64,000 nt of DNA, taken from an uncultured Gemmatimonadales bacterium (GTDB lineage Bacteria > Gemmatimonadota > Gemmatimonadetes > Gemmatimonadales > GWC2-71-9). The stretch lies in NCBI GenBank assembly GCA_963779755.1, contig CAVZZO010000001.1:128001-192000 (forward strand), in the 5' to 3' direction. How positions within the stretch are numbered: the first letter of the stretch is position 1; every line of letters starts with the position of its first letter. The notes below the pieces were generated by a model that was not told the DNA's origin, searched no databases, and worked only from the letters and a program-made list of their open reading frames with translations. Positions 1 to 9,305 of the stretch are shown one piece after another. The position numbers were made by a program, and so were the translations under genes.

Positions 1-35
1 TCCCCATTCCGGGGCGATGCGCAGAGGGTAAGTCC

Positions 36-1406
36 ATGCATTTCAATACGATCGTAGTCGGATCCGGGCAGGCGGGCGTCCCCTTCGCCGTGCGAGTTGC
101 GGAGCGGGGAGAATCGGTGTTGCTGGTGGAGCAGGGGCCGCTGGGCGGCACTTGCGTCAACACCGGCTGCACGCCTACCAAGACGATGGTCGCCAGCGCG
201 CGTGCGGCGCACGCGGCCCGTACCGCCGGACGCCTGGGAATCCACACCGGACGGGTGCGGGTGGATCTGGACGCGATTGTGGACCGCAAGAACGGCATCG
301 TGGACGAATGGCGCAGCGGAGTCCAGCGCCGCCTCGAGAAGGCCGGCGAGAGGCTCACGCTGGCGCGGGGCAGCGGCCGGCTGGAGGACGGACACACCCT
401 GGCGGTGAACGGGGAGCGCCACACCGCCGACCGGCTCCTGCTCAATACCGGCTGCCGCACCCTGGTGCCGGACATCCCGGGCCTCTCCGACGTGCCCTGG
501 CTGGACAATGCCCGGATCATGGACCTGCGCGCTCTTCCCACCCACCTGGTCATTCTGGGCGGCGGCTACATCGGCTGTGAGTTCGGCCAGATGTTTCGCC
601 GCTTCGGCAGCCGGGTGACGATTATCGATCATCACGACCGGCTGCTCGCGCGCGAGGATGAGGGTGCCTCGGCCACCGTGGAGGGCGTCTTTCGCGAGGA
701 AGGCATCGAGCTGCGCCTGGGCGTCACCGCGCGTCGGGTCCTGGCGCGCCCCAGCGGCGTCGGGGTTCGCCTGAGCGCCGGCCGCCAGGTGACCGGATCG
801 CACCTGCTGATTGCCACGGGGCGCCGGCCCAATACCGACGATCTGGGTTGCGAGGCCGCGGGCATCGCGCTGGACCGGCGGGGTTTCATCCAGGTGGATG
901 AGCGCTACCGGACCAGCGTGCCGGACATTTACGCCGTCGGTGACGTGGCCGGAGGACCCCAGTTCACCCACAGCTCGTGGGATGATCATCGTATTCTCTA
1001 CAACCTGCTGTATGCGCAGGGCACCCGGACCCGGTCCGACCGCATCATCCCGTCCACCGTCTTCACCGACCCGCAGGTGGCGCGGGTGGGGGCCTCGGAG
1101 CGGGAGTTGAAAATGGAGGGTATCCCCTGCGAGACCGCCTCCATGCCCTTCAGCGCCATTGCCCGGGCCGCCGAAACCGGCCGCCGGGCAGGGCTGCTCA
1201 AGGTCAGCATCGATCCGGCGAGCGAGCGGATCCTGGGAGCCTGCATCGTCGGAGCGGAGGCGGGCGAGCTGATCCATGTATTCGTAGCGCTGATGGAAGC
1301 GGGCGCTCCGGCCCGGGCGATTGTCGACGCTGAAATGGTGCACCCCACCTTTGCCGAAGGCCTGCAGAGCGTGCTGCTCAGGCTCCCCCGCTATGCCCTG
1401 CGCTGA
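36..1406 (+). CDS. FAD-dependent pyridine nucleotide-disulfide oxidoreductase (mercuric reductase-like / RclA-like)
   Basis: GSGQAG FAD motif, GGTCVNTGC redox disulfide, GGGYIG NAD(P)H motif, C-terminal HPT; lacks the MerA HMA domain and C-terminal CC. Confidence 0.85.
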   Translation: MHFNTIVVGSGQAGVPFAVRVAERGESVLLVEQGPLGGTCVNTGCTPTKTMVASARAAHAARTAGRLGIHTGRVRVDLDAIVDRKNGIVDEWRSGVQRRLEKAGERLTLARGSGRLEDGHTLAVNGERHTADRLLLNTGCRTLVPDIPGLSDVPWLDNARIMDLRALPTHLVILGGGYIGCEFGQMFRRFGSRVTIIDHHDRLLAREDEGASATVEGVFREEGIELRLGVTARRVLARPSGVGVRLSAGRQVTGSHLLIATGRRPNTDDLGCEAAGIALDRRGFIQVDERYRTSVPDIYAVGDVAGGPQFTHSSWDDHRILYNLLYAQGTRTRSDRIIPSTVFTDPQVARVGASERELKMEGIPCETASMPFSAIARAAETGRRAGLLKVSIDPASERILGACIVGAEAGELIHVFVALMEAGAPARAIVDAEMVHPTFAEGLQSVLLRLPRYALR

Positions 1407-1622
1407 TCACTCCTCCCCGGATTTCGCCGCGGGCCGGTCGGAACTGGTGTGGCGCCGCGTCTTGCCGTGGCGGTGGAGCGTCTCGTTGCGCGCCTGGTCC
1501 TCACTTTCGGCTGCGTCGAAGTTCCCCTCCGCCCCAGCCTGCCGGGGCACCTCCGAGCGTTGCTGCCGGGTGAGCTCTTCGCGGCTCTTCCCGCCCAGCG
1601 TGTTGCGGTCGCTGTTTGCCAT
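1407..1622 (-). CDS. small hydrophilic hypothetical protein (71 aa)
   Basis: ATG at 1622 preceded by AGGAG; highly charged sequence MANSDRNTLGGKSREEL...; fills the gap between two + genes. Confidence 0.6.
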   Translation of the reverse strand: MANSDRNTLGGKSREELTRQQRSEVPRQAGAEGNFDAAESEDQARNETLHRHGKTRRHTSSDRPAAKSGEE

Positions 1623-1718
1623 CGTCGCTCTCCTGTACCGGGGTACCGCTGAAGTTATCCCTGGAATGGCCTGCGCCGCGACGACCTGCGTCACAGGCAC
1701 TTGTCGCCCGGCCGCGCG

Positions 1719-2471
1719 GTGAGCACCGGCACTCTGCTGCTGGAAGCCGACGGGGTGACCCGGCGCTTCGGGGCAGTCCAGGCCCTGGACGGCGTGAGCC
1801 TGCGGGTGGAGGCGAATCAGTGCCTGGCGCTGGTAGGCGAGAGCGGTTCGGGCAAGACCACGCTGTTGCGCTGCTTCAACCGGCTGGTCGATCCCGACCA
1901 GGGGCGCATCCGGCTGGAGGGCCGCGACATCTCCGGCCTGGACCCGGTCCGGCTACGGCGCCATACCGGCTATGTGCCCCAGAACGGGGGGCTGCTGCCG
2001 CACTGGCAGGTCCGCCGCAACGTCGAGCTGGTGCCCCGGCTGCTGGGAATGCCGGATGCCACCCGCAGAGCCGATGAGGCCCTGGCGCTGGTCGGGCTGA
2101 CCCCGGACACCTTTGCCGCGCGCTGGCCCCGGCAACTCTCCGGCGGTGAACGGCAGCGGGTGGCGCTGGCTCGCGCCCTGGCGGCGGAGCCCACGCTCCT
2201 GCTGCTGGACGAGCCCTTCGGGGCGCTCGACGCCATTACCCGTTCCGGGCTGCAGCAGGCTTTTCAGGATCTGCGGCGCCGGCTTCCGCTGGCCACGGTC
2301 CTGGTGACCCATGATCTGCGCGAGGCGTTTCTGCTGGCCGACCGCATTGCGGTATTGCGACGGGGGGTGCTGGAACAGGCGGCCGAGCCCGCCGCCCTCC
2401 GCCGCGAGCCGGCGACCGACTACGTGCGTGCGCTGCTGGACCACGCCGGGATCGAGGAGGGCCAGCCATGA
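1719..2471 (+). CDS. osmoprotectant (glycine betaine/choline-type) ABC transporter ATP-binding protein
   Basis: Walker A GESGSGKT, LSGGERQR signature, LLLDEPFGALD; start uncertain (GTG 1719 or TTG 1701). Confidence 0.88.
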   Translation: MSTGTLLLEADGVTRRFGAVQALDGVSLRVEANQCLALVGESGSGKTTLLRCFNRLVDPDQGRIRLEGRDISGLDPVRLRRHTGYVPQNGGLLPHWQVRRNVELVPRLLGMPDATRRADEALALVGLTPDTFAARWPRQLSGGERQRVALARALAAEPTLLLLDEPFGALDAITRSGLQQAFQDLRRRLPLATVLVTHDLREAFLLADRIAVLRRGVLEQAAEPAALRREPATDYVRALLDHAGIEEGQP

Positions 2472-4018
2472 GGTACCGGCTGATGCTGTGCCTGGCGGCG
2501 GCCGCGCTGGCGTCGCCGGCGGCGGCACAGGCGCCGGAGCCGGCGCGGGTGGTGGTGGCCTCCAAGCCCTTCGCCGAATCGTACCTCCTGGCCGAAATGT
2601 TTTCGCAGCTGCTGGAGCGGGCAGGCTACCGGGTGGAGCGGCGGCCCGGCCTGGGGGCCACCGAAATTGCCTTCCGGGCACTGGAGAACGGCGCCATCGA
2701 CGTCTACCCGGAATACACCGGCACCGGCCTGACCGCCATCCTGCACCGGCAGCCGACCGGCAGCGCGCGGGAGGCCTACCAGACGGTATACCGGGCGTTT
2801 CTGGCCCGCTACGGCATTCGCTGGCTGCCGCCGCTGGGATTCCAGAACACCTATGCCATCGCGGTACGGCAGGAGACGGCGCAGCGGTATCATCTGCGCA
2901 TGCTGAGCGATCTGGCACGGGCCGCCCCCCGGCTTACCGCGGGGCTGACGCCGGATTTCATCGGCCGGCCCGACGGGCTTCCCGGGCTGCGGCAGGCCTA
3001 CGGCCTCGAGTTCAAGGCGGTGCGCTCGCTGCTGCAGGCGGTGAAATACCAGGCCCTCGCCTCGGGCAGCGTGGACGTCATCGACGGCTACTCCACCGAT
3101 GGCGAGTTGGCGCGCTACCATCTGGTGGTACTCGAGGACGACCGCAACTTCTTCCCGCCCTATGAGGCGGCGGCGCTGGTCGGCGATCGTCTCCGGCGCT
3201 CGGAACCGGGTGCCATCGCGGCCCTCACCCGTCTCTCGGGACTGCTCAGCGAATCACGCATGCGCGAGCTCAATCGGGAGGTTGAAGTTGACGGCAAACC
3301 GGTAGCCCAGGTCGCCACCACCGCCCTGCGGCAGCTGGGCCTTACCGACAGTGCCGCCGCCGGGGACTCTGCTCCGGCAGTGTCCCGCCCGGGGCTCGCG
3401 GCCTATCTGTGGAACCGGCGTGGAGAACTGTGGCGGCTGACTCTGCGACACCTGCTCCTGGTGGGCGTCTCCCTGCTGGCGGCGGTGGCGATCGCGCTGC
3501 CCACGGCGCTGCTGCTGGAGCGGCTGCGAAGTGGAGCGGAGACAGTGATCCGGGCTATCGGCGTGCTGCAGACGATTCCCAGCATCGCCCTGCTGGCCTT
3601 CATGATCCCCCTGCTCGGCATCGGCGTCATCCCCGCACTGGTGGCGCTGTTTCTCTACGCCATCTTCCCCATCGTCCGCAACGCCTACTCCGGCGTACGG
3701 GACGCGGACCCCGAGGCGGTGGATGCCGCCCGGGCTCTGGGGATGACGCCCTGGCAGATCCTGTGGCAGGTCCGGCTCCCTCTGGCCGCGCCCACGATCA
3801 TGGCGGGCATCCGCACCGCCGCGGTCATCACCGTCGGCACGGCGACGCTGGCGGCCTTCATCGGCGCGGGTGGCCTGGGCGATCCCATCGTCGCGGGTCT
3901 GGCCCTGTCCGACACCCGCATGATTCTTTCCGGCGCCATTCCGGCGGCGTTGCTGGCCCTGGTGGTGGATGGCGTACTGGCGGGGGCAGAGCGGGTGGTG
4001 AGACCACGGGGGCTGTGA
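2468..4018 (+). CDS. osmoprotectant ABC transporter, fused substrate-binding domain and permease
   Basis: Signal peptide; SKPFAES, DVYPEYTGT, GFQNTYA and FFPPY motifs of OpuAC/OsmF-type binding domains; C-terminal permease with TIPSIAL, EAA-like loop and GAGGLG. Confidence 0.9.
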   Translation: MRYRLMLCLAAAALASPAAAQAPEPARVVVASKPFAESYLLAEMFSQLLERAGYRVERRPGLGATEIAFRALENGAIDVYPEYTGTGLTAILHRQPTGSAREAYQTVYRAFLARYGIRWLPPLGFQNTYAIAVRQETAQRYHLRMLSDLARAAPRLTAGLTPDFIGRPDGLPGLRQAYGLEFKAVRSLLQAVKYQALASGSVDVIDGYSTDGELARYHLVVLEDDRNFFPPYEAAALVGDRLRRSEPGAIAALTRLSGLLSESRMRELNREVEVDGKPVAQVATTALRQLGLTDSAAAGDSAPAVSRPGLAAYLWNRRGELWRLTLRHLLLVGVSLLAAVAIALPTALLLERLRSGAETVIRAIGVLQTIPSIALLAFMIPLLGIGVIPALVALFLYAIFPIVRNAYSGVRDADPEAVDAARALGMTPWQILWQVRLPLAAPTIMAGIRTAAVITVGTATLAAFIGAGGLGDPIVAGLALSDTRMILSGAIPAALLALVVDGVLAGAERVVRPRGL

Positions 4019-4032
4019 GAATGTCCCTGCTG

Positions 4033-4671
4033 TCAGCGCAGCGCCGGTACTCCTCCCAACGACATCAGGGCGGCCGGCTCGCGCAGCACCGGAGGCCGCT
4101 GGGCCGGGAAACCGGCGAGATAGCGATCGGCCGCCCGGGCGCGGGCCCGCTGATAGACCAGATGCGCGGTGGTCAGCGGCAGGGAGAACACCGAGAGGTA
4201 GTGCGCCACCGCCTCTTCAATATCGGTTGAGCCCTCTACCAGGCCGGCGATGTGCAGCGCATTCCGGACGTGCGACTCGGCTACGGCCTCTTCCGCCCGT
4301 GCGCCGGCCAGGCCCATGAGCCGCCGGGTTTCTTCATCCAGCCGCCGGGGAACATGGAACAGCTCGCGCAGGCGTTCCATCCCGGACGCGCCGGGCCGAG
4401 CCGGCGGGGCTCCCAGCTGCCGGTCGTCGAGCGAGGTCAGGACCCGGGTACGCACGAAGTCCTGCATGAGCGGCGGGACCGCAACGAATTCGAAGTAAAA
4501 GTCGAGCGCCTCCAGCGGCGGCACAGCCGACGCGAAGTCTCCCAGGAAGCGGAGCACTTGCTCGGCGTGGGTCACCACCAGCGTTTCCCAGGCCAGGGCA
4601 TAGGCCACCTGAAGACGGGGCCGCAAGGACTCGGGGAACTGCCGCAGGGCCTTCGCACTGAGCATTGTCAT
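4033..4671 (-). CDS. hypothetical protein, internally duplicated helical domain (paralog A)
   Basis: ATG preceded by GGAAGG; clear similarity to the ORF at 12015-12680 (AWExLVxTH, LEAL..Y, GARAEEA...HVxNA). Confidence 0.8.
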   Translation of the reverse strand: MTMLSAKALRQFPESLRPRLQVAYALAWETLVVTHAEQVLRFLGDFASAVPPLEALDFYFEFVAVPPLMQDFVRTRVLTSLDDRQLGAPPARPGASGMERLRELFHVPRRLDEETRRLMGLAGARAEEAVAESHVRNALHIAGLVEGSTDIEEAVAHYLSVFSLPLTTAHLVYQRARARAADRYLAGFPAQRPPVLREPAALMSLGGVPALR

Positions 4672-4727
4672 AGTCCTTCCCTTTCCCGACACGAACGGTC
4701 TGCCGCCAGGTAGCGTGCATCAGGCGA

Positions 4728-4744
4728 TGCACCCGGTATGCCAG
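4728..4744 (-). promoter_or_regulatory. possible sigma54 -24/-12 promoter for paralog A
   Basis: Minus strand CTGGCATACCGGGTGCA has GG-N10-GC spacing, with GTGC instead of TTGC at -12. Confidence 0.3.
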
Positions 4745-4995
4745 TCGAGACTAGACGGACAGTTTACTCCCGGCGGTGCGCGGAATCACACGTGCGCGTA
4801 CCGCAAACCACTGCATGTTGTCGTGGCGCCGCCACACCCACGCGCGACGCAGGAAGGGACGGGGCCCGGGAAGCCGGAAGTGTCAACGGGCGGTCCGCAC
4901 ACGCCGGCCCGGGGTGACGTCTCTCACAGGTGGGCGTGCGGGTGGCGAGCTATGCTCGGAGTGCGACCGCCGGGTCGCACCACGAGGAGACCGAT

Positions 4996-6084
4996 GTGAC
5001 CACCAGACGGCGGCCTTCGCGCCGTTTCACGAAATCGCCGGCCAGTCCGGCAACGTCAGCCCGCCATGCCGGGCTGCGCTACATGCGCGACGATCGTCCC
5101 GGCATCAGCCGGCGCCGGGCCGGCAGAGGCTTTACCTACCGCGACCGGGAAGGCGCCACGATCAGGGACCACGAGACGCTGGCGCGCATTCGCTCCCTGG
5201 CCGTGCCGCCCGCGTGGACTGATGTCTGGATCTGTCCCGATCCGCGCGGACATCTCCAGGCCACCGGCCGTGACGCGCGCGGTCGCAAACAGTATCGCTA
5301 TCATCCGCGCTGGCGGGAGGTTCGCGAAGAGCACAAGTTCGACCGGCTGCTCGCCTTCGGCGAGGCGCTACCGTCCATCCGCCGCCAGGTGGACCGGGAC
5401 CTGCGCCGCCACACGCTCGACCGGCGCAAGGTCCTCGCCGCTGTAGTCAGCCTGCTGGAACGCACCGGCATCCGCATCGGCAACGACGAATATGCCCGGG
5501 AGAATCATTCCTTCGGCCTGACCACGCTACGCGACCGCCACGTGTCCATTCACGGCGCGGAGATACGATTCGAATTCCGGGGCAAGCGGGGCAAGCCGCA
5601 CCAGGTCGGGCTGCGCAACCGGCGGCTGGCACGCATCGTTCAGGCCTGTCAGGCCATCCCCGGCCAGGAGCTTTTTCAGTACCTGGACGAGAACGACGAG
5701 CGGCAGGCCGTCAGCTCGGAAGACGTCAACGAGTACCTGCGCGATGCTGCCGGCGGCGAATTCACCGCCAAGGACTTCCGGACCTGGGCCGGCACCATGC
5801 TGGGCGCGGCCGCGCTGTACGAGCTGGGCGGGGCCCGCACCAGGGGCGGCGCCAGGGCCCGGATCCTGGAAGCGATTGACCGCGTCGCCGACCGGCTCAA
5901 CAATACCCGCGCCGTCTGCCGCCGGTATTACGTCCATCCCGACCTGCTCCGCGCCTACGAAGAGGGGCGGCTCTGTCCCGCGCTGGATGCCGCCGGCCGC
6001 CGGAACGGAGCCCGGCACGGCCTGCTTCCGCTCGAGTCGACCGTCTGCGAGCTGCTGCGGGGCCGCGCCAGCAAGGCGGCCTGA
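4996..6084 (+). CDS. DNA topoisomerase IB (bacterial, poxvirus-like)
   Basis: GRDARGRKQYRYH, RIGNDEY, FRGKRGK, TAKDFRTW, LNNT...CRRYY catalytic set; GTG at 4996 after GAGGAG. Confidence 0.93.
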   Translation: MTTRRRPSRRFTKSPASPATSARHAGLRYMRDDRPGISRRRAGRGFTYRDREGATIRDHETLARIRSLAVPPAWTDVWICPDPRGHLQATGRDARGRKQYRYHPRWREVREEHKFDRLLAFGEALPSIRRQVDRDLRRHTLDRRKVLAAVVSLLERTGIRIGNDEYARENHSFGLTTLRDRHVSIHGAEIRFEFRGKRGKPHQVGLRNRRLARIVQACQAIPGQELFQYLDENDERQAVSSEDVNEYLRDAAGGEFTAKDFRTWAGTMLGAAALYELGGARTRGGARARILEAIDRVADRLNNTRAVCRRYYVHPDLLRAYEEGRLCPALDAAGRRNGARHGLLPLESTVCELLRGRASKAA

Positions 6085-6137
6085 AACCGCCGGCAATTCC
6101 CCCGGGGCCCCAATGCCTCCACATTAGGAGTCTCCGC

Positions 6138-6830
6138 ATGCCGACCGCGTTCCCGGCAATATTCCCGTCACTCGCTTCGCATTTGCCTGTGGCCGCCCCT
6201 GACAGCACCCGCTCGCGCCGTCTCTCCCGCGTCTTTCTCCTCTCGCCCGCCAGCTGCAGTGGGCGCCGTGCGGGGTGGCTCCTGAACGGCACGGGCACCT
6301 TCGATCTGGCCCGGCAGCTGGCGGCCGGCCGCAGCGCCATGCTGGGGGAAGTCTTCAGTTTCCTGAGCGGCCTCTACTTCCGGGGCAAGCTCGCCTACGC
6401 TCGCCGCTTCGCAGTCCCGCCCGCCGCCTCGGCGGTCCTGGTCATTACCCCCACCCGCGGGCTGCTTCCGCCGGACACTCCGGTGGGGCTGGACGATCTC
6501 CGGGAGTTCGCCGGGGTGGATATCGCCGCCGGCGACCCGCGCTATCGGGTACCGCTGCTGCGCGACGCGCAACGGCTGGCGCGCCGGCTCACCGCGCGCG
6601 GCGAGGCGGTCCTGCTGGGCAGCATCGCCACCGGCAAGTATCTCGACGTGCTGGCGGCGACCCTGGAGCGGCGGCTGCTGTTTCCCGCCGCCTTCGTAGG
6701 CCGGGGTGACATGAGCCGCGGCGGCCTCATGCTGCGTGCCGCGGCGGAGGGGGCCGAGCTGGAATACACTGCAGCGGCGGGGGCCATCCGGCGCGGCGCC
6801 CGTCCCCCCCGGCTGGCACCGCCGCGGTGA
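6138..6830 (+). CDS. hypothetical protein, possibly YaaA/DUF6884-like
   Basis: AGGAG RBS; stop overlaps next start; motif-like blocks FLLSPA, SGLYFRGKLAYA, VITPTRGLLPPD, LLGSIATGKY, GRGDMSRGG. Confidence 0.7.
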   Translation: MPTAFPAIFPSLASHLPVAAPDSTRSRRLSRVFLLSPASCSGRRAGWLLNGTGTFDLARQLAAGRSAMLGEVFSFLSGLYFRGKLAYARRFAVPPAASAVLVITPTRGLLPPDTPVGLDDLREFAGVDIAAGDPRYRVPLLRDAQRLARRLTARGEAVLLGSIATGKYLDVLAATLERRLLFPAAFVGRGDMSRGGLMLRAAAEGAELEYTAAAGAIRRGARPPRLAPPR

Positions 6831-7828
6831 CCCGGTCGCGGACCGGCGGCGGCCGCCATCCCTCGCGGGTGGGACGCACTCGCACGCCCCCGGCGCCGGC
6901 GAGGGCGGAGGCGGAGATCCCCGCCGGCCGCTCGCAGGCAACTCTGCATCTGGACGGGCGGGAGGTCCGGCTCACCAACCTGGACAAGGTCTTCTTCGCC
7001 GACCACGGCCTCACCAAACGTGATCTCCTGCAGTACTACGCCGATGTCGCTCCTGTACTGCTGCCTCATTTGCGCGACCGTCCCATGGTGATGAAGCGCT
7101 ACCCCAACGGGATCGCCGGCAAGTTCTTTTTCATGAAGCGTGCCCCCAGCCCCCGCCCCGCGTGGATCGAGACCTGCAGCATCAAGCACGCGTCAGGCAA
7201 TATCATCGACTTTCCGCTGGTGCAGGATCTCCCGTCGCTGCTCTGGTGCGTCAACCTGGGCTGCATCGACCTCAATCAGTGGTACGCCCGCTGCGATGAC
7301 GTCGACCGGCCCGATTATCTCCACTTCGACCTGGACCCGACCCCCGGCGCCGGCTTCGCCCAGGTGCGGGAGACCGCCCTGCTGGTCCGGGCCACGCTGG
7401 CGGAGCTGGAGATGCCGGTCTACGCCAAGACCACCGGCAGCCGCGGCATGCACGTGTACGTTCCCATCGTCCGCGGACCAACCCAGAAACAGGTCTGGAC
7501 CTTCGCCAAGGCCTTCGCCCGGGCGCTGGCGGAGGGCCACCCCGACCTGGTGACCGCCGTCTACCGGGTGGAGGACCGGCCGGCCTCGCACGTCCTGGTA
7601 GACTACAACCAGAACGCCTGGGGCCGCACGCTGGCATCGGTCTATTCGGTGCGGCCGCGGCCGGGAGCCCCGGTGTCCACGCCGGTCACCTGGGAAGAAG
7701 TGGAGCGCGGCTTCCGTCTGGAGGATTTTCACCTGGGTAACGTGCGCGACCGCCTGAAACGGCGGGGCGATCTCTGGGCGCCGCTCCTGGCGCCGGCGAA
7801 CCGCGTCCGGCTGGATCGCTGGCTCTGA
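6827..7828 (+). CDS. stand-alone AEP primase-polymerase (LigD PolDom / Prim-PolC-like)
   Basis: LTNLDKV, RYPNG...FFMK, FDLDP, KTTGSRGMHV, VDYNQN, SVYSVR. Confidence 0.92.
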   Translation: MTRSRTGGGRHPSRVGRTRTPPAPARAEAEIPAGRSQATLHLDGREVRLTNLDKVFFADHGLTKRDLLQYYADVAPVLLPHLRDRPMVMKRYPNGIAGKFFFMKRAPSPRPAWIETCSIKHASGNIIDFPLVQDLPSLLWCVNLGCIDLNQWYARCDDVDRPDYLHFDLDPTPGAGFAQVRETALLVRATLAELEMPVYAKTTGSRGMHVYVPIVRGPTQKQVWTFAKAFARALAEGHPDLVTAVYRVEDRPASHVLVDYNQNAWGRTLASVYSVRPRPGAPVSTPVTWEEVERGFRLEDFHLGNVRDRLKRRGDLWAPLLAPANRVRLDRWL

Positions 7829-8886
7829 TGCCGGTGGTTGCGTGGCCCCTGGACCCGATGGAAGCCGCCACCGCGGAGGAGCCGCCTCGGGGACCGGGCT
7901 GGGAGTACGAGCCCAAGTGGGACGGCTTTCGTTGCCTGATCTTCAGGGACGGGGAGCGCATCCGGCTGCAGTCCAAAGCAAAACGGCCGCTGGGACGTTA
8001 TTTTCCGGATGTGGTGGATCGCCTCCGGGTATTGCCGGCCCGGCGATTCGTGCTGGATGGAGAGCTGGTGATCCCGGTAGGCAACACCCTCTCCTTCGAC
8101 GAACTCCTGCTTCGCATCCACCCCGCCGCCAGCCGCGTGGCTGCGCTGGCCGCCGAGCACCCGGCGACGTTCATTGCGTTCGATCTTCTGGCCGACCCGG
8201 AACGCGGCTCTCTGCTGGACCAGCCGCTGAGAGAACGGCGCCGCCGGCTGGAGGCCTTTGCCCGCCGGCAGTTCCGCGCCACGCGCGGCCTCCGGCTCTC
8301 GCCGGCCACCACGCGCCTGGCTACCGCCCGGCGCTGGCTGCAGGGCGGCCGGGGTGGCCTGGACGGCATCATCGCGAAACGGCTGGATGCGCCCTATCGC
8401 CCCGGAAGCCGGGACGCGATGATCAAGGTGAAGCGCCTGCGGACGGCCGACTGTGTGGTGGGCGGCTTCCGCTATGCGTCCTCCGGGCATGCGGTGGGTT
8501 CGCTGCTCCTGGGCCTCTATGACGAAACGGGCGTCCTGCACCACGTCGGGTTCACCTCCGGCCTGGCGGCCGCCGAGCGGACCTCTCTGGTAGCGCGCCT
8601 GGAGGCGCTGCAATCGCCCCCCGGGTTTACGGGCCGCGCGCCGGGCGGCCCCAGCCGCTGGAGCCGCGGACGCTCCGCCGAATGGACGCCGCTCGCACCG
8701 GAACTGGTGTGCGAGGTCGAATACGACCACGTGAGCGGCGGCCGCTTCCGCCACGGCACCCGGTTTCTCCGCTGGCGCCCGGACAAGGCGCCGCACCAGT
8801 GTACGCTCGAGCAGATCCGGCAGAGCGGCGCTTCGGCGCTCCGGCTCCTGCGATCCTCGCGTTCCCGTCTCAAGGGCAAGGCATGA
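7828..8886 (+). CDS. ligC: ATP-dependent DNA ligase, LigC-type
   Basis: EPKWDGFR adenylation motif, [40 protein letters not shown]. Confidence 0.88.
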   Translation: MPVVAWPLDPMEAATAEEPPRGPGWEYEPKWDGFRCLIFRDGERIRLQSKAKRPLGRYFPDVVDRLRVLPARRFVLDGELVIPVGNTLSFDELLLRIHPAASRVAALAAEHPATFIAFDLLADPERGSLLDQPLRERRRRLEAFARRQFRATRGLRLSPATTRLATARRWLQGGRGGLDGIIAKRLDAPYRPGSRDAMIKVKRLRTADCVVGGFRYASSGHAVGSLLLGLYDETGVLHHVGFTSGLAAAERTSLVARLEALQSPPGFTGRAPGGPSRWSRGRSAEWTPLAPELVCEVEYDHVSGGRFRHGTRFLRWRPDKAPHQCTLEQIRQSGASALRLLRSSRSRLKGKA

Positions 8887-9305
8887 CGACACCGCCGCCA
8901 TTTCATCTCGCATTTCCGGTCCACGACCTGGCGGAAGCCCGGGCGTTCTACGGCGGGATGCTGGGCTGCCGTGAGGGCCGAAGCAGCGAGCACTGGGTAG
9001 ACTTTGACCTGTGGGGGCATCAGATCGTGGCGCATCTCGCGCCGGAGGCCGCCGGCCGGCGGGCCGGCAATCCGGTGGATGGCGACGACGTCCCCGTCCC
9101 CCACTTCGGGCTCATCCTCCCCTGGGAGGAGTGGGAAGCGCTGGCCGGGCGGCTGCGCCAGGCCGGCGCCCGGTTCGTGATCGAGCCGCGCATCCGTTTT
9201 CGCGGCCTGCCGGGCGAGCAGGGCACCCTGTTCGTGCTCGACCCGTCGGGCAATGCACTCGAATTCAAATCCTTCCGAGACATGACTCAGGTATTCGCAC
9301 AATGA
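8883..9305 (+). CDS. VOC/glyoxalase family protein
   Basis: [34 protein letters not shown] overlap with the ligase stop. Confidence 0.88.
   Translation: MTTPPPFHLAFPVHDLAEARAFYGGMLGCREGRSSEHWVDFDLWGHQIVAHLAPEAAGRRAGNPVDGDDVPVPHFGLILPWEEWEALAGRLRQAGARFVIEPRIRFRGLPGEQGTLFVLDPSGNALEFKSFRDMTQVFAQ

Noticed and set aside
36..1406. merA mercury resistance gene
   Set aside because: No N-terminal HMA domain, no C-terminal Cys-Cys pair and no mer operon genes
4996..6084. Tyrosine recombinase/integrase marking a mobile element
   Set aside because: Motifs are specifically TopIB (GRKQYRY, KDFRTW); no att sites or cargo signature
6827..8886. Complete NHEJ (Ku-LigD) system
   Set aside because: No Ku and no phosphoesterase domain in the window; the ligase looks like LigC
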